A stretch of 36,024 nucleotides of DNA, from IMG/VR virus record IMGVR_UViG_2609459800_000003. The stretch is one strand, 5' to 3'. How positions within the stretch are numbered: the first letter of the stretch is position 1; each line of letters begins with the position of its first letter. Shown here piece after piece: positions 8,442 through 18,108 of this stretch. The DNA is from a virus (Duplodnaviria > Heunggongvirae > Uroviricota > Caudoviricetes). The translations under genes and the position numbers were made by a program. The notes below the pieces were generated by a model. The model made no database searches, was not told the origin of the DNA, and saw only the letters and a list, made by a program, of their open reading frames with translations.

Positions 8442-10706
8442 TTATTTTTGACGAATCCTGATTTTTGGTTGTTCACGAACAACAATATCAGTTTCTTTCC
8501 AACCAAGATTATTTATTTCAACCTCGGCTTCGTTGTAGACTGTAGTAGAATTGGCAAGAGATCTTAACGTAATAGCCAATACAGCACGTTGAGGTGAAGA
8601 TAGAGGCTCTTGCTCTGCTCGTCTCTGAACATCAAGTTTAAGTCTCCATTGCTCCCCATTTATACCTTGCGGAAATTGTTTTCTATAAACTTTGACTGGA
8701 GACCATTTGAAGCCATTTTCTATCAGTACCTTTTCAAATAATTCACTCTTTTCTTTTATTTGTGGAATTTTTCCGCTATGTATCCATTTAGCGTTAACTG
8801 GATCATAAGTGTAAGTCCCGAATGACACATCCACATTAGAACGGCAATATTCAGATGGGTAGTCATAATCAAGCGGTGGAGAATAAACGAGTGTCATAAT
8901 AATTTCACCTGTGAATTTTCCATCCTCAGTACGTAATGACTGTGGTATTACAAATGGCGTTCTACTGAATTCAATACCTTCTCGGGTATCTATTTCAAAT
9001 AGAAATGTAATCTCATTTTTATTGCAACCAATAATATCATTTATATGATCGCTTGGACGTCCAAATCCTTGATAATTAAACGCATAATGCTCCGTTTTGG
9101 CTGGTGAGTTTTTTAACGCAGAATGAATTAATAGTGCCTTGATACGTTCAGGCGATGGTGAAATAGAACCATTAACATCTAGTTCATGCCACAGTGATGC
9201 CGCTAAACTTGAGATTAACGGTGCTGATAAACTTGTGCCAATACTTTCGCAAAGAGCATTGTCCTCGCCAATAGCTATGATTCCGGTATGTTCACAGTTT
9301 AATTTACTGTCACAATTACCTCCAAAGTGATTTATCTCTGGTTTGGGTATAAAGGCTGGGCCGGGACCTCTTCTAGAAAAAGATGAAGGTTCAAATCTTT
9401 TGACCACAGAGTCAGACGATTCTAAATGGGCAACTGAGCCAACAGTTAATGAACGAACAGAATCTGCGGGGGCTGATATTCTGTCATGCCCACCTAATTC
9501 TTGAGGAGGCCAGGTTCGTTGAGGATCATAAATGTAGTTGCCGGATGCTACGACGAAAAGACAATCATGCTCATCATGAAGTGCATTTAAAAAATGCCCC
9601 AATTCAGAGAAGCTGTCTTCAGAACATGGGGATTGACAACCTAATGACAGGTTCCATACACGTACTTCTGGATAGGTGGTCACAGCCTCTCGGATAGCTT
9701 TCATTAATTGTGGCAATTTGAGCGTACCATCTTTGGGAAAGGCTGCAACATCAACAATTTCAGCTTGGCATTGAGGAAAACCAGCATAGTTATTCAACCA
9801 TCTTCCATTAATTGCTAAACTTGCAACCATGTTCCCATGAGAATAGTCGTGTTCTCCTTTTACTAAATCTAAACTATCCCAAATCCATGGCCTAAGTATG
9901 TTGTTATTGGGATCGACTCCGCTATCTATAATTCCGAGTAGTGGATAATGTTTATCCTCTTGAGGTAAGGGAAAATCATCTAGGTCTAGAGTTTCAGCAG
10001 GAATATATTGCGATACTGTATGAGTAAGACCAAATGTTGGCATAGGTTCTAATTTTCGTATGCCAATAAAACTTGCCAGTTGGGCGATGTTATCATTCCC
10101 TTTTACTTCATATATACTCAAATCTGAACTGATATCATACTTTTTGGGTTTTTGTATTCCTAGTTCATCTGCAAATTCCATTAATTCTTTGTCGATACTG
10201 CGGTTAGTTGTTCTATCTTTATGGTCAAAGAGTTTCAGAAGAAAACTATCTGATTTATTTTTATCTATAACATCATGGTTAAGACTAAAAGGTTCGATCT
10301 TTTCAATTACAGCAATATGTACTGTCCCATTATGAGAATTAGTGCTATTTTCAATTTTTTTGCGAAGTTGTGCTAACCCTTTTTCAGTAACACTTATAAG
10401 TAATTCTCCAAAATTATCACTGCCTATTACGGGACATGTATTATCACCTAATAGGCTTGATGGGCGATGTGACTTAGCAAGAGCTTTTTCATGAAGAGTA
10501 ACTCTAGCCACCGCCGGTATATTGGGCCATTTTTTAAATGAGCTCTGGAAAAAATTTTTAACGTCATCGACTTCTTGTTTGAGTCTATTTTTTAGACTAG
10601 TTGTTACTGTTCGGATAGGTTGTTTCTTTCCGAAATTATATGTTTTTTCAGTAAAATCTTGAGGTGTCGCCTCAATTATTTTTATTGGTCTTTCTTTGTT
10701 ACTCAT
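8442..10706 (-). CDS. subtilisin-like serine protease (peptidase S8), cytoplasmic; IetS-like
   Basis: 754 aa; full subtilase signature: Asp (GIIDSGVD), His (HGNMVASLAING), oxyanion Asn (VVASGNY), Ser (GTSLSAPLISSLAA); no N-terminal signal peptide; N- and C-terminal extensions of about 250 aa each around the catalytic core; start overlaps the stop of the upstream ATPase. Confidence 0.9.
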   Translation of the reverse strand: MSNKERPIKIIEATPQDFTEKTYNFGKKQPIRTVTTSLKNRLKQEVDDVKNFFQSSFKKWPNIPAVARVTLHEKALAKSHRPSSLLGDNTCPVIGSDNFGELLISVTEKGLAQLRKKIENSTNSHNGTVHIAVIEKIEPFSLNHDVIDKNKSDSFLLKLFDHKDRTTNRSIDKELMEFADELGIQKPKKYDISSDLSIYEVKGNDNIAQLASFIGIRKLEPMPTFGLTHTVSQYIPAETLDLDDFPLPQEDKHYPLLGIIDSGVDPNNNILRPWIWDSLDLVKGEHDYSHGNMVASLAINGRWLNNYAGFPQCQAEIVDVAAFPKDGTLKLPQLMKAIREAVTTYPEVRVWNLSLGCQSPCSEDSFSELGHFLNALHDEHDCLFVVASGNYIYDPQRTWPPQELGGHDRISAPADSVRSLTVGSVAHLESSDSVVKRFEPSSFSRRGPGPAFIPKPEINHFGGNCDSKLNCEHTGIIAIGEDNALCESIGTSLSAPLISSLAASLWHELDVNGSISPSPERIKALLIHSALKNSPAKTEHYAFNYQGFGRPSDHINDIIGCNKNEITFLFEIDTREGIEFSRTPFVIPQSLRTEDGKFTGEIIMTLVYSPPLDYDYPSEYCRSNVDVSFGTYTYDPVNAKWIHSGKIPQIKEKSELFEKVLIENGFKWSPVKVYRKQFPQGINGEQWRLKLDVQRRAEQEPLSSPQRAVLAITLRSLANSTTVYNEAEVEINNLGWKETDIVVREQPKIRIRQK

Positions 10707-11866
10707 AATATCTCTCTATAGTTCTTAGTTAGCCTTGACACTTTAGCATTTGAAAGCCCTAGTATTTTTGCTATCTTTCGTATTGTAAATCTTTTGGGAT
10801 TGTATTCTCTGAGAGTGGTCACAATCTTTATAAGTAAATTATCTTCTTCATCAAATGTAACTCCCTTCGCTTCTAAGATAGCCTCGACTAAAAATCGGGT
10901 ATCGATTTGTTTATTATTGTAAACCAGAGCGTGTCGCTCAGATCTTAAGCAGCATTGTTCTATAAATGAGCAGTTTAGCCCTGAGGATATTTCCGCAAGG
11001 TCATCAACAAAATCGTCATATGTGGCTTTTATGTTTGAATATTGTTCAAATAGTTGTTTTCTGACTTCAAAATCAGGCAATCCAATAGATATTCTATACT
11101 CAAAGCGCCTCCAAACTGCGCTATCTAGAAGATTTTCATGATTACTTGCAGCAATCAATATTGTTTCTTCAGGTAGATTGTCAATATTTTGCAATAAAGA
11201 AACCACCACCCTCTTCAGTTCACCTAACTCATGCTGATCATCTCTAGCCTTTGCTAGAGAATCTAGTTCATCTAGAAATAAAACACATGGTGCTTTACTT
11301 GCATACTCAAATAGCTGCCTGATATTTTTAGAAGTAGACCCCAGATATGATGAGACTAAGGAGTCACATCTTGCAGTAAGAAGCGGTAAATTTAGACAGG
11401 ATGCAATATATTTTGATGTCAAGGTTTTACCACAACCTGGTGGCCCATATAAAATCATAGAGGATGTCACGCCAAGACCGGCATCCTTTAATTCTTTAGC
11501 TCGTTCAGTGAAAGTCAAAAATTCTTTAATTTTTTTCAGAGTGCTATCTTTCAACAATGGGAGTTGAATTTCAGAAGACGGTTGAGTTACGTCTGCTAAA
11601 TCAAATTTAGTTTCTTTATCTACAGGTAATGTATCAAGACGTTCAAAAATAGGTGATGTACTACGTGATACTTTCTGCAAGTTAAACGTGTTTTTATCTT
11701 GAATACTACCTCTAATGGCTGAAGCAAGCTCAGGCAGCCCCATAGAATCATAGGAACGCGCGAGTTTCGAAGCCTGCCGAACAAAAGCAACTTTATCCCC
11801 TTTGAGTCCAAGACTGATAAGCTGCGAAAGTATCTCGTTTGTGGTCATTTGTGATACAAACCTCAT
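10703..11866 (-). CDS. classic-clade AAA+ ATPase with C-terminal HTH-like tail; IetA-like
   Basis: 387 aa; Walker A GPPGCGKT, Walker B VLFLDELD, sensor-1/arginine-finger region (AASN...WRRFEYRISIGLP); C-terminal KRFTIRKIAKILGLSNAKVSRLTK resembles an HTH. Start codon uncertain (ATG at 11866 has no clear SD; an in-frame ATG lies 18 nt downstream). Confidence 0.9.
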   Translation of the reverse strand: MRFVSQMTTNEILSQLISLGLKGDKVAFVRQASKLARSYDSMGLPELASAIRGSIQDKNTFNLQKVSRSTSPIFERLDTLPVDKETKFDLADVTQPSSEIQLPLLKDSTLKKIKEFLTFTERAKELKDAGLGVTSSMILYGPPGCGKTLTSKYIASCLNLPLLTARCDSLVSSYLGSTSKNIRQLFEYASKAPCVLFLDELDSLAKARDDQHELGELKRVVVSLLQNIDNLPEETILIAASNHENLLDSAVWRRFEYRISIGLPDFEVRKQLFEQYSNIKATYDDFVDDLAEISSGLNCSFIEQCCLRSERHALVYNNKQIDTRFLVEAILEAKGVTFDEEDNLLIKIVTTLREYNPKRFTIRKIAKILGLSNAKVSRLTKNYREIL

Positions 11867-12107
11867 TAATCTGTTGTCTAAATGGCTTATAGGTGAGACA
11901 AATTTCTATTTTAATGTAGTTTATATGTATTTTGGTGAAACGAACACTATGTTTTACATAAATCTTTCAGGTTTGGAGTTCTTGGAGGGCATAGAGTTGC
12001 ATCAATTTGCATTCTAATTAGACTTTTTTATTGCTATCGTATTCTACATGTGACTAGGTCTGCCCTTCCTGATGCGTTTGCATTAAAACCGCCCCATGAA
12101 GCGGGCG

Positions 12108-12126
12108 GGCGAGGCGGGGAAAGCAC
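12108..12126. other. cos cohesive-end site (GGCGAGGCGGGGAAAGCAC)
   Basis: Exact 19-nt sequence I recall as the P2/186 cohesive end, in the expected position upstream of the Q-P packaging genes in a GC-rich stretch. Confidence 0.6.
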
Positions 12127-12268
12127 TGCGCGCTGGCGGTGGTGCTGATTTTATTTTTTCAGCGTCTGAGCGCGTCGTGATGGCGTTTAGATTGTGCGCC
12201 GGGGTGTTGGTGTGTCTGCGGGATGTTTTGTGCGGTGGTGAGCGTGTGAGGGCGTGATGACGGGGTGT

Positions 12269-12290
12269 AAAAAAGCCGCCCGCAGGCGGC
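12269..12290 (-). terminator. rho-independent terminator downstream of Q
   Basis: On the minus strand GCCGCC-TGCG-GGCGGC hairpin followed by TTTTTT, 5 nt after the Q stop. Confidence 0.5.
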
Positions 12291-12295
12291 GATGT

Positions 12296-13330
12296 TCAGC
12301 CGTTGTCAGTGTCCAGTGAGTAGTTTTTAAAGCGGATGACCTCCTGACCGAGCCAGCCGTTTATCTCGCGGATCCTGTCCTGTAACGGGATAAGCTCATT
12401 GCGGACAAAGACCTTTGCCACTTTCTCAATATCACCCAGCGACCCGACGTTCTCCGGCTTGCCGCCCATCAACTGAAAGGGGATGCGGTGCGCGTCCAGC
12501 AGGTCAGCGGCGCTGGCTTTTTTGATATTAAAAAAATCGTCCTTCGTCGCCACTTCACTGAGGGGGATAATTTTAATGCCGTCGGCTTTCCCCTGCGGGG
12601 CATAGAGAAACAGATTTTTAAAGTTATTGCGGCCTTTCGACTTAACCATGTTTTCGCGAAGCATTTCGATATCGTTGCGATCCTGCACGGCATCGGTGAC
12701 GTACATGATGTATCCGGCATGTGCGCCGTTTTCGTAATACTTGCGGCGGAACAGCGTGGCCGACTCATTCAGCCAGGCAGAGTTAAGGGCGCTGAGATAT
12801 TCCGGCAGGCCGTACAGCTCCTGATTAATATCGGGCTCCAGCAGGTGAAACACGGAGCCGGGCGCGAAGGCTGTCGGCTCGTTGAAGGACGGCACCCACC
12901 AGTAAACATCCTCTTCCACGCCACGACGGGTATATTTTGCCGGTGAGGTTTCCAGTCTGATGACCTTACCGGTGGTGCTGTAGCGCTTTTCCAGAAACGC
13001 ATTACCGAACACCAGAAAATCCAGCACAAAACGGCTGAAATCCTGCTGGGAAAGCCACGGGTGCGGGATAAACGTTGAAGCCAGAATATTACGTTTGACG
13101 TAAATCGGTGAGCTGTGATGCACGGCAGCACGCAGGCTTTTTGCCAGACCGGTAAAGCTGACCGGCGGCTCATACCATCTGCCGTTACTGATACATTCGA
13201 CGTAATCCAGAATGTCACGGCGGTCGAGCACCGGCACCGGCTCACCAAAGGTGAATGCCTCCATTTTCGGGGCGCTGGCGGTCATTTTTTTTGCCGCAGG
13301 TTGCGGTGTTTTCCCTTTTTTCTTGCTCAT
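12296..13330 (-). CDS. Q: portal protein Q
   Basis: 344 aa as in P2 Q; start overlaps the P stop (ATGA). Confidence 0.92.
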   Translation of the reverse strand: MSKKKGKTPQPAAKKMTASAPKMEAFTFGEPVPVLDRRDILDYVECISNGRWYEPPVSFTGLAKSLRAAVHHSSPIYVKRNILASTFIPHPWLSQQDFSRFVLDFLVFGNAFLEKRYSTTGKVIRLETSPAKYTRRGVEEDVYWWVPSFNEPTAFAPGSVFHLLEPDINQELYGLPEYLSALNSAWLNESATLFRRKYYENGAHAGYIMYVTDAVQDRNDIEMLRENMVKSKGRNNFKNLFLYAPQGKADGIKIIPLSEVATKDDFFNIKKASAADLLDAHRIPFQLMGGKPENVGSLGDIEKVAKVFVRNELIPLQDRIREINGWLGQEVIRFKNYSLDTDNG

Positions 13331-15102
13331 CAGTAAAACTCCAGAATGGTGGATGTCAGCGGGGTGCTGATACCGGCGGTGAGTGGCTCATTTAACAGGG
13401 CGTGCATGGTCGCCCAGGCGAGGTCGGCGTGGCTGGCTTCCTCGCTGCGGCTGGCCTCATAGGTGGCGCTGCGTCCGCTGCTGGTCATGGTCTTGCGGAT
13501 AGCCATAAACGAGCTGGTGATGTCGGTGGCGCTGACGTCATATTCCAGACAGCCACGGCGGATGACGTCTTTTGCCTTGAGCACCATTGCGGTTTTCATT
13601 TCCGGCGTGTAGCGGATGTCGCGCGCGGCGGGATAGAACGAGCGCACGAGCTGGAACACACCGACACCGAGGCCGGTGGCATCAATCCCGATGTATTCAA
13701 CGTTATATTTTTCGGTGAGTTTGCGGATGGATTCTGCCTGGGTGGCAAAGTCCATGCCTTTCCACTGGTGACGCTCAAGTATTCTGAATTTGCCACCGGC
13801 CACCACCGGCGGTGCCAGCACCACGCATCCGGCACTGTCGCCACGGTGTGACGGGTCGTAACCAATCCATACCGGGCGGGAGCCGAACGGATTCGCGGCA
13901 AACGGCGCATAGTCTTCCCATTCTTCCAGTGTGTCGACCATGCAGCGTTGCAGCTCCTCGAACGGGAACACCGACGCCTTGTCGTCAACAAATTCACACA
14001 TGAACAGGTTTTTAAAATCGTCGGCGCTGTTTTCACGTTTGAGCTGCTCAATGTCGAACAGCGTGCAGCCGCCTTTCAGGGCGTCCTCAATGGTGACAAT
14101 CTGCCGCCACTGGCCGTCCGCACAGAGAAGACCTCCGGCAAGGGCGTTATGACTGACGTCGATTTCCACGCGTTCGGCGGCGCTGGCGCGTCCCCGGTTA
14201 AACAGTTCACCCGACCAGAACGGGTAGGCGTCGTGCGCCAGCGTGGACGGGGTGGAGAAATAGGTCGAACGCAGGTGACTCTGTGAGGCCATACCTGATG
14301 CCACCTTACGCAGTACCTGAAAATTCGGGATCCAGAAAATCTCGTCGACGTACAGGTCGCCGTTATGGCTCTGTGCGGTGTTGGAGTTGGTGCCGAGAAA
14401 AATCAGTTTTGCGCCGTTATTGCCCAGGACAATCGGGTCACCGGTCAGGTCAACGTCAACCAGCCGGGCAAAGGCGATGATGTATTCACGGAACACATAC
14501 GCCTGCGTTTTACTGGCCGACAGAAAAATCTGGTTATGGCCGGTTTTCAGGGCGCGCAGCAGCGCCTCGCGGGAAAAATAAAACGTTGCGCCAATCTGGC
14601 GGGATTTCAGGATATCGCGGATGCGGTGCTCAAGCCCGGCGCGATACCAGTGCAACTGATAGTCGAAAGACTGCTCAAAGAAAATCTGCTCCAGCTTTTC
14701 GATGGCCTCGTCACTGAAAAAATTCTTTTTCGGTTTGCGACGCCCGCCTTTGTTGCGGTTAGCGATGTTCGGATTAAGGTCTGCCTCGTTGCCGGTCTGG
14801 CTGTAGCGGTTTACCCGTGCCAGTCGTTCAATCTGGCGTCCGAGCAGGTCAATTTCCTTGAAGTCACCGCCGGTTTTCTGCGGTTTGATGATGAGCTGGG
14901 TCAGCCGCGCTTCCAGACTCATTTCGACACGGCTGATGGGGGCAACGTTGTCCCAGCCGTCGCGCTGTTTCCAGCTCTGCACCGTCGGGCGTTTCATCTG
15001 CAACATGGCGGAAATCTGCGGCACGGAAAACCCCTGCCAGTACAACAGCGCCGCCTGACGACGCGGGTCGTGTAAAAGAGTGGTGTCTGTGGTGATGGTC
15101 AT
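13330..15102 (-). CDS. P: terminase large subunit P
   Basis: 590 aa from ATG at 15100..15102 (MTITTDTTLLHDPRRQAALLYWQGFS...), the P2 P N-terminus as I recall it; the track ORF extends to a TTG at 15132. Confidence 0.92.
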   Translation of the reverse strand: MTITTDTTLLHDPRRQAALLYWQGFSVPQISAMLQMKRPTVQSWKQRDGWDNVAPISRVEMSLEARLTQLIIKPQKTGGDFKEIDLLGRQIERLARVNRYSQTGNEADLNPNIANRNKGGRRKPKKNFFSDEAIEKLEQIFFEQSFDYQLHWYRAGLEHRIRDILKSRQIGATFYFSREALLRALKTGHNQIFLSASKTQAYVFREYIIAFARLVDVDLTGDPIVLGNNGAKLIFLGTNSNTAQSHNGDLYVDEIFWIPNFQVLRKVASGMASQSHLRSTYFSTPSTLAHDAYPFWSGELFNRGRASAAERVEIDVSHNALAGGLLCADGQWRQIVTIEDALKGGCTLFDIEQLKRENSADDFKNLFMCEFVDDKASVFPFEELQRCMVDTLEEWEDYAPFAANPFGSRPVWIGYDPSHRGDSAGCVVLAPPVVAGGKFRILERHQWKGMDFATQAESIRKLTEKYNVEYIGIDATGLGVGVFQLVRSFYPAARDIRYTPEMKTAMVLKAKDVIRRGCLEYDVSATDITSSFMAIRKTMTSSGRSATYEASRSEEASHADLAWATMHALLNEPLTAGISTPLTSTILEFY

Positions 15103-15275
15103 GAATACCTCGCCGTGATGAATACACGGCAAGGCTACTGAGTCGCGCCCTGCGATTCGCTAAGGTGCTGTTGTGTCAGTGATAAGCCATCCGGGACTGA
15201 TGGCGGAGGATGCGCATCGTCGGGAAACTGATGCCGACATGTGACTCCTCTAATCACTATTCAGGACTCCTGACA
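15103..15275. promoter_or_regulatory. divergent late promoter region (PP / PO by P2 analogy)
   Basis: Intergenic region between the divergent P and O starts; in P2 this holds the Ogr-dependent PP and PO promoters. I could not pinpoint a clean TGT-N12-ACA dyad by eye. Confidence 0.35.
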
Positions 15276-16130
15276 ATGGCAAAAAAAGTCTCAAAATTCT
15301 TTCGTATCGGCGTTGAGGGTGACACCTGTGACGGGCGTGTCATCAGTGCGCAGGATATTCAGGAAATGGCCGAAACCTTTGACCCGCGTGTCTACGGTTG
15401 CCGCATTAACCTGGAACATCTGCGCGGCATCCTGCCTGACGGTATTTTTAAACGTTATGGCGATGTGGTCGAACTGAAGGCCGAAAAGATTGATGACGAT
15501 TCGGCGCTGAAAGGCAAATGGGCGCTGTTTGCGAAAATCACCCCGACCGATGACCTTATCGCGATGAACAAGGCCGCGCAGAAGGTCTATACCTCAATGG
15601 AAATTCAGCCGAACTTTGCCAATACCGGCAAATGTTATCTGGTGGGTCTGGCCGTCACCGATGACCCGGCAAGCCTCGGCACGGAATACCTGGAATTCTG
15701 CCGCACGGCAAAACACAACCCCCTGAACCGCTTCAAATTAAGCCCTGAAAACCTGATTTCAGTGGCAACGCCTGTTGAGCTGGAATTTGAAGACCTGCCT
15801 GAAACCGTGTTCACCGCCCTGACCGAAAAGGTGAAATCCATTTTTGGCCGCAAACAGGCCAGCGATGACGCCCGTCTGAATGACGTGCATGAAGCGGTGA
15901 CCGCTGTCGCTGAACATGTGCAGGAAAAACTGAGCGCCACTGAGCAGCGCCTCGCTGAGATGGAAACTGCCTTTTCCGCTCTTAAGCAGGAGGTGACTGA
16001 CAGGGCGGATGAAACCAGCCAGGCATTCACCCGCCTGAAAAACAGTCTCGACAGCACCGAAAGTCTGACCCAGCAGCGCCGCAGCAAGGCCACCGGCGGT
16101 GGCGGTGACGCCCTGATGACGAACTGCTGA
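15276..16130 (+). CDS. O: capsid scaffolding protein O
   Basis: 284 aa from ATG 15276 (MAKKVSKFFRIGVEGD...), the P2 O size and N-terminus as I recall them; an upstream in-frame ATG at 15210 abuts a GGAGG with no spacer and is less likely. Confidence 0.9.
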   Translation: MAKKVSKFFRIGVEGDTCDGRVISAQDIQEMAETFDPRVYGCRINLEHLRGILPDGIFKRYGDVVELKAEKIDDDSALKGKWALFAKITPTDDLIAMNKAAQKVYTSMEIQPNFANTGKCYLVGLAVTDDPASLGTEYLEFCRTAKHNPLNRFKLSPENLISVATPVELEFEDLPETVFTALTEKVKSIFGRKQASDDARLNDVHEAVTAVAEHVQEKLSATEQRLAEMETAFSALKQEVTDRADETSQAFTRLKNSLDSTESLTQQRRSKATGGGGDALMTNC

Positions 16131-16188
16131 CCGGCGTCAGCCAGTCCGGGCAAACCTTCACGATTAACCCTTAATTTCAGGAAAAACT

Positions 16189-17262
16189 ATGCGCCAGGAA
16201 ACCCGCTTTAAATTTAATGCCTACCTGTCCCGTGTTGCCGAACTGAACGGCATCGACGCCGGTGATGTGTCGAAAAAATTCACCGTTGAACCGTCGGTCA
16301 CCCAGACCCTGATGAACACCATGCAGGAGTCCTCTGATTTTCTGACCCGCATCAACATTGTGCCGGTCAGCGAAATGAAAGGGGAAAAAATTGGTATTGG
16401 TGTCACCGGCTCCATCGCCAGCACCACCGACACCGCCGGTGGCACCGAGCGTCAGCCGAAGGACTTCTCGAAGCTGGCGTCAAACAAGTACGAATGCGAC
16501 CAGATTAACTTCGATTTTTATATCCGCTACAAAACGCTTGACCTGTGGGCGCGTTATCAGGATTTCCAGCTCCGTGTCCGTAACGCCATTATCAAACGCC
16601 AGTCCCTTGATTTAATCATGGCCGGTTTTAACGGCGTGAGGCGTGCCGAAACCTCTGACCGCAGCAGTAATCCGATGCTACAGGATGTGGCGGTCGGCTG
16701 GCTGCAGAAATACCGCAATGAAGCACCGGCGCGCGTGATGAGCAAGGTCACTGACGAGGAAGGGCACACCACCTCTGAGGTTATCCGCGTGGGTAAGGGC
16801 GGTGATTATGCCAGCCTTGATGCACTGGTGATGGATGCGACCAACAACCTGATTGAGCCGTGGTATCAGGAAGACCCTGACCTTGTGGTGATTGTGGGGC
16901 GTCAGCTACTGGCGGACAAGTATTTCCCCATCGTTAACAAAGAGCAGGACAACAGCGAAATGCTGGCCGCTGACGTCATCATCAGCCAGAAACGCATCGG
17001 TAACCTGCCGGCGGTACGCGTCCCGTACTTCCCGGCGGATGCGATGCTCATCACGAAGCTGGAAAACCTGTCCATCTACTACATGGATGACAGCCATCGC
17101 CGCGTGATTGAGGAAAACCCGAAACTCGACCGCGTGGAGAACTACGAGTCAATGAACATTGATTACGTGGTGGAAGACTACGCCGCCGGTTGCCTGGTGG
17201 AAAAAATTAAGGTCGGTGATTTCTCCACACCGGCCAGGGCGACCGCAGAGCCGGGAGCGTAA
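16189..17262 (+). CDS. N: major capsid protein N
   Basis: 357 aa as in P2 N; AGGAAA Shine-Dalgarno; follows O. Confidence 0.93.
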   Translation: MRQETRFKFNAYLSRVAELNGIDAGDVSKKFTVEPSVTQTLMNTMQESSDFLTRINIVPVSEMKGEKIGIGVTGSIASTTDTAGGTERQPKDFSKLASNKYECDQINFDFYIRYKTLDLWARYQDFQLRVRNAIIKRQSLDLIMAGFNGVRRAETSDRSSNPMLQDVAVGWLQKYRNEAPARVMSKVTDEEGHTTSEVIRVGKGGDYASLDALVMDATNNLIEPWYQEDPDLVVIVGRQLLADKYFPIVNKEQDNSEMLAADVIISQKRIGNLPAVRVPYFPADAMLITKLENLSIYYMDDSHRRVIEENPKLDRVENYESMNIDYVVEDYAAGCLVEKIKVGDFSTPARATAEPGA

Positions 17263-17265
17263 CCG

Positions 17266-18009
17266 ATGACGAGTCCCGCACAGCGCCACATGATGCGGGT
17301 CTCGGCAGCGATGACCGCGCAGCGGGAAGCCGCCCCGCTGCGACATGCAACTGTCTATGAGCAGATGCTGGTTAAGCTCGCCGCAGACCAGCGCACACTG
17401 AAAGCGATTTATTCAAAAGAGCTTAAGGCCGCGAAAAAGCGCGAACTGCTGCCGTTCTGGTTGCCGTGGGTGAACGGCGTGCTGGAGCAGGGCAAAGGTG
17501 CACAGGATGACATTCTGATGACGGTCATGCTGTGGCGTCTGGATACCGGCGATATTGCCGGTGCGCTGGAGATTGCCCGTTATGCCCTGAAGTACGGTCT
17601 GACCATGCCGGGTAAACACCGCCGCACCCCGCCGTACATGTTCACCGAGGAGGTGGCGCTCGCGGCCATGCGCGCTCACGCTGCCGGTGAGTCTGTGGAT
17701 ACCCGCCTGCTGACGGAGACCCTTGAACTGACCGCCACGGCTGACATGCCTGATGAAGTGCGCGCAAAGCTGCACAAAATCACCGGTCTGTTTCTGCGTG
17801 ACGCTGGTGATGCCGCCGGTGCGCTGGCACACCTGCAACGTGCGACACAGCTCGACTGTCAGGCAGGCGTCAAAAAAGAGATTGAACGACTGGAGCGGGA
17901 ACTGAAACCGAAGCCGGAGCCGCAGCCAAAAGCGGCCACCCGCGCCCCGCGTAAGACCCGGAGCGTGGCACCGGCAAAACGTGGACGCCCGAAAAAGAAA
18001 GCCAGTTAA
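17266..18009 (+). CDS. M: terminase small subunit M
   Basis: 247 aa as in P2 M; basic Lys/Arg-rich C-terminus. Confidence 0.9.
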   Translation: MTSPAQRHMMRVSAAMTAQREAAPLRHATVYEQMLVKLAADQRTLKAIYSKELKAAKKRELLPFWLPWVNGVLEQGKGAQDDILMTVMLWRLDTGDIAGALEIARYALKYGLTMPGKHRRTPPYMFTEEVALAAMRAHAAGESVDTRLLTETLELTATADMPDEVRAKLHKITGLFLRDAGDAAGALAHLQRATQLDCQAGVKKEIERLERELKPKPEPQPKAATRAPRKTRSVAPAKRGRPKKKAS

Positions 18010-18108
18010 CAACCGAATGCGCCCCGCGCCAGGGCGGCACGCCGGTCAGTGAGGGTGAATCACCTGACACTGCACCGGCGTCCACCGCCCGACTTTTCAG
18101 AGGTAGTC

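Noticed and set aside
13402-15075. Multiple long antisense or alternative-frame ORFs (13402..13851, 13948..14286, 14365..15075 and others) inside terminase gene P
   Set aside because: GC-rich coding DNA yields long spurious ORFs; P occupies the locus with a recognised N-terminus and correct size, and these ORFs lack ribosome-binding sites.
15210-15275. Upstream in-frame ATG extension of O (start at 15210)
   Set aside because: The GGAGG abuts the ATG with no spacer; O starts at 15276 with the recalled N-terminus and the correct 284-aa length.
17413-18012. 199-aa minus-strand ORF overlapping M
   Set aside because: Antisense to the terminase small subunit gene; no start context.
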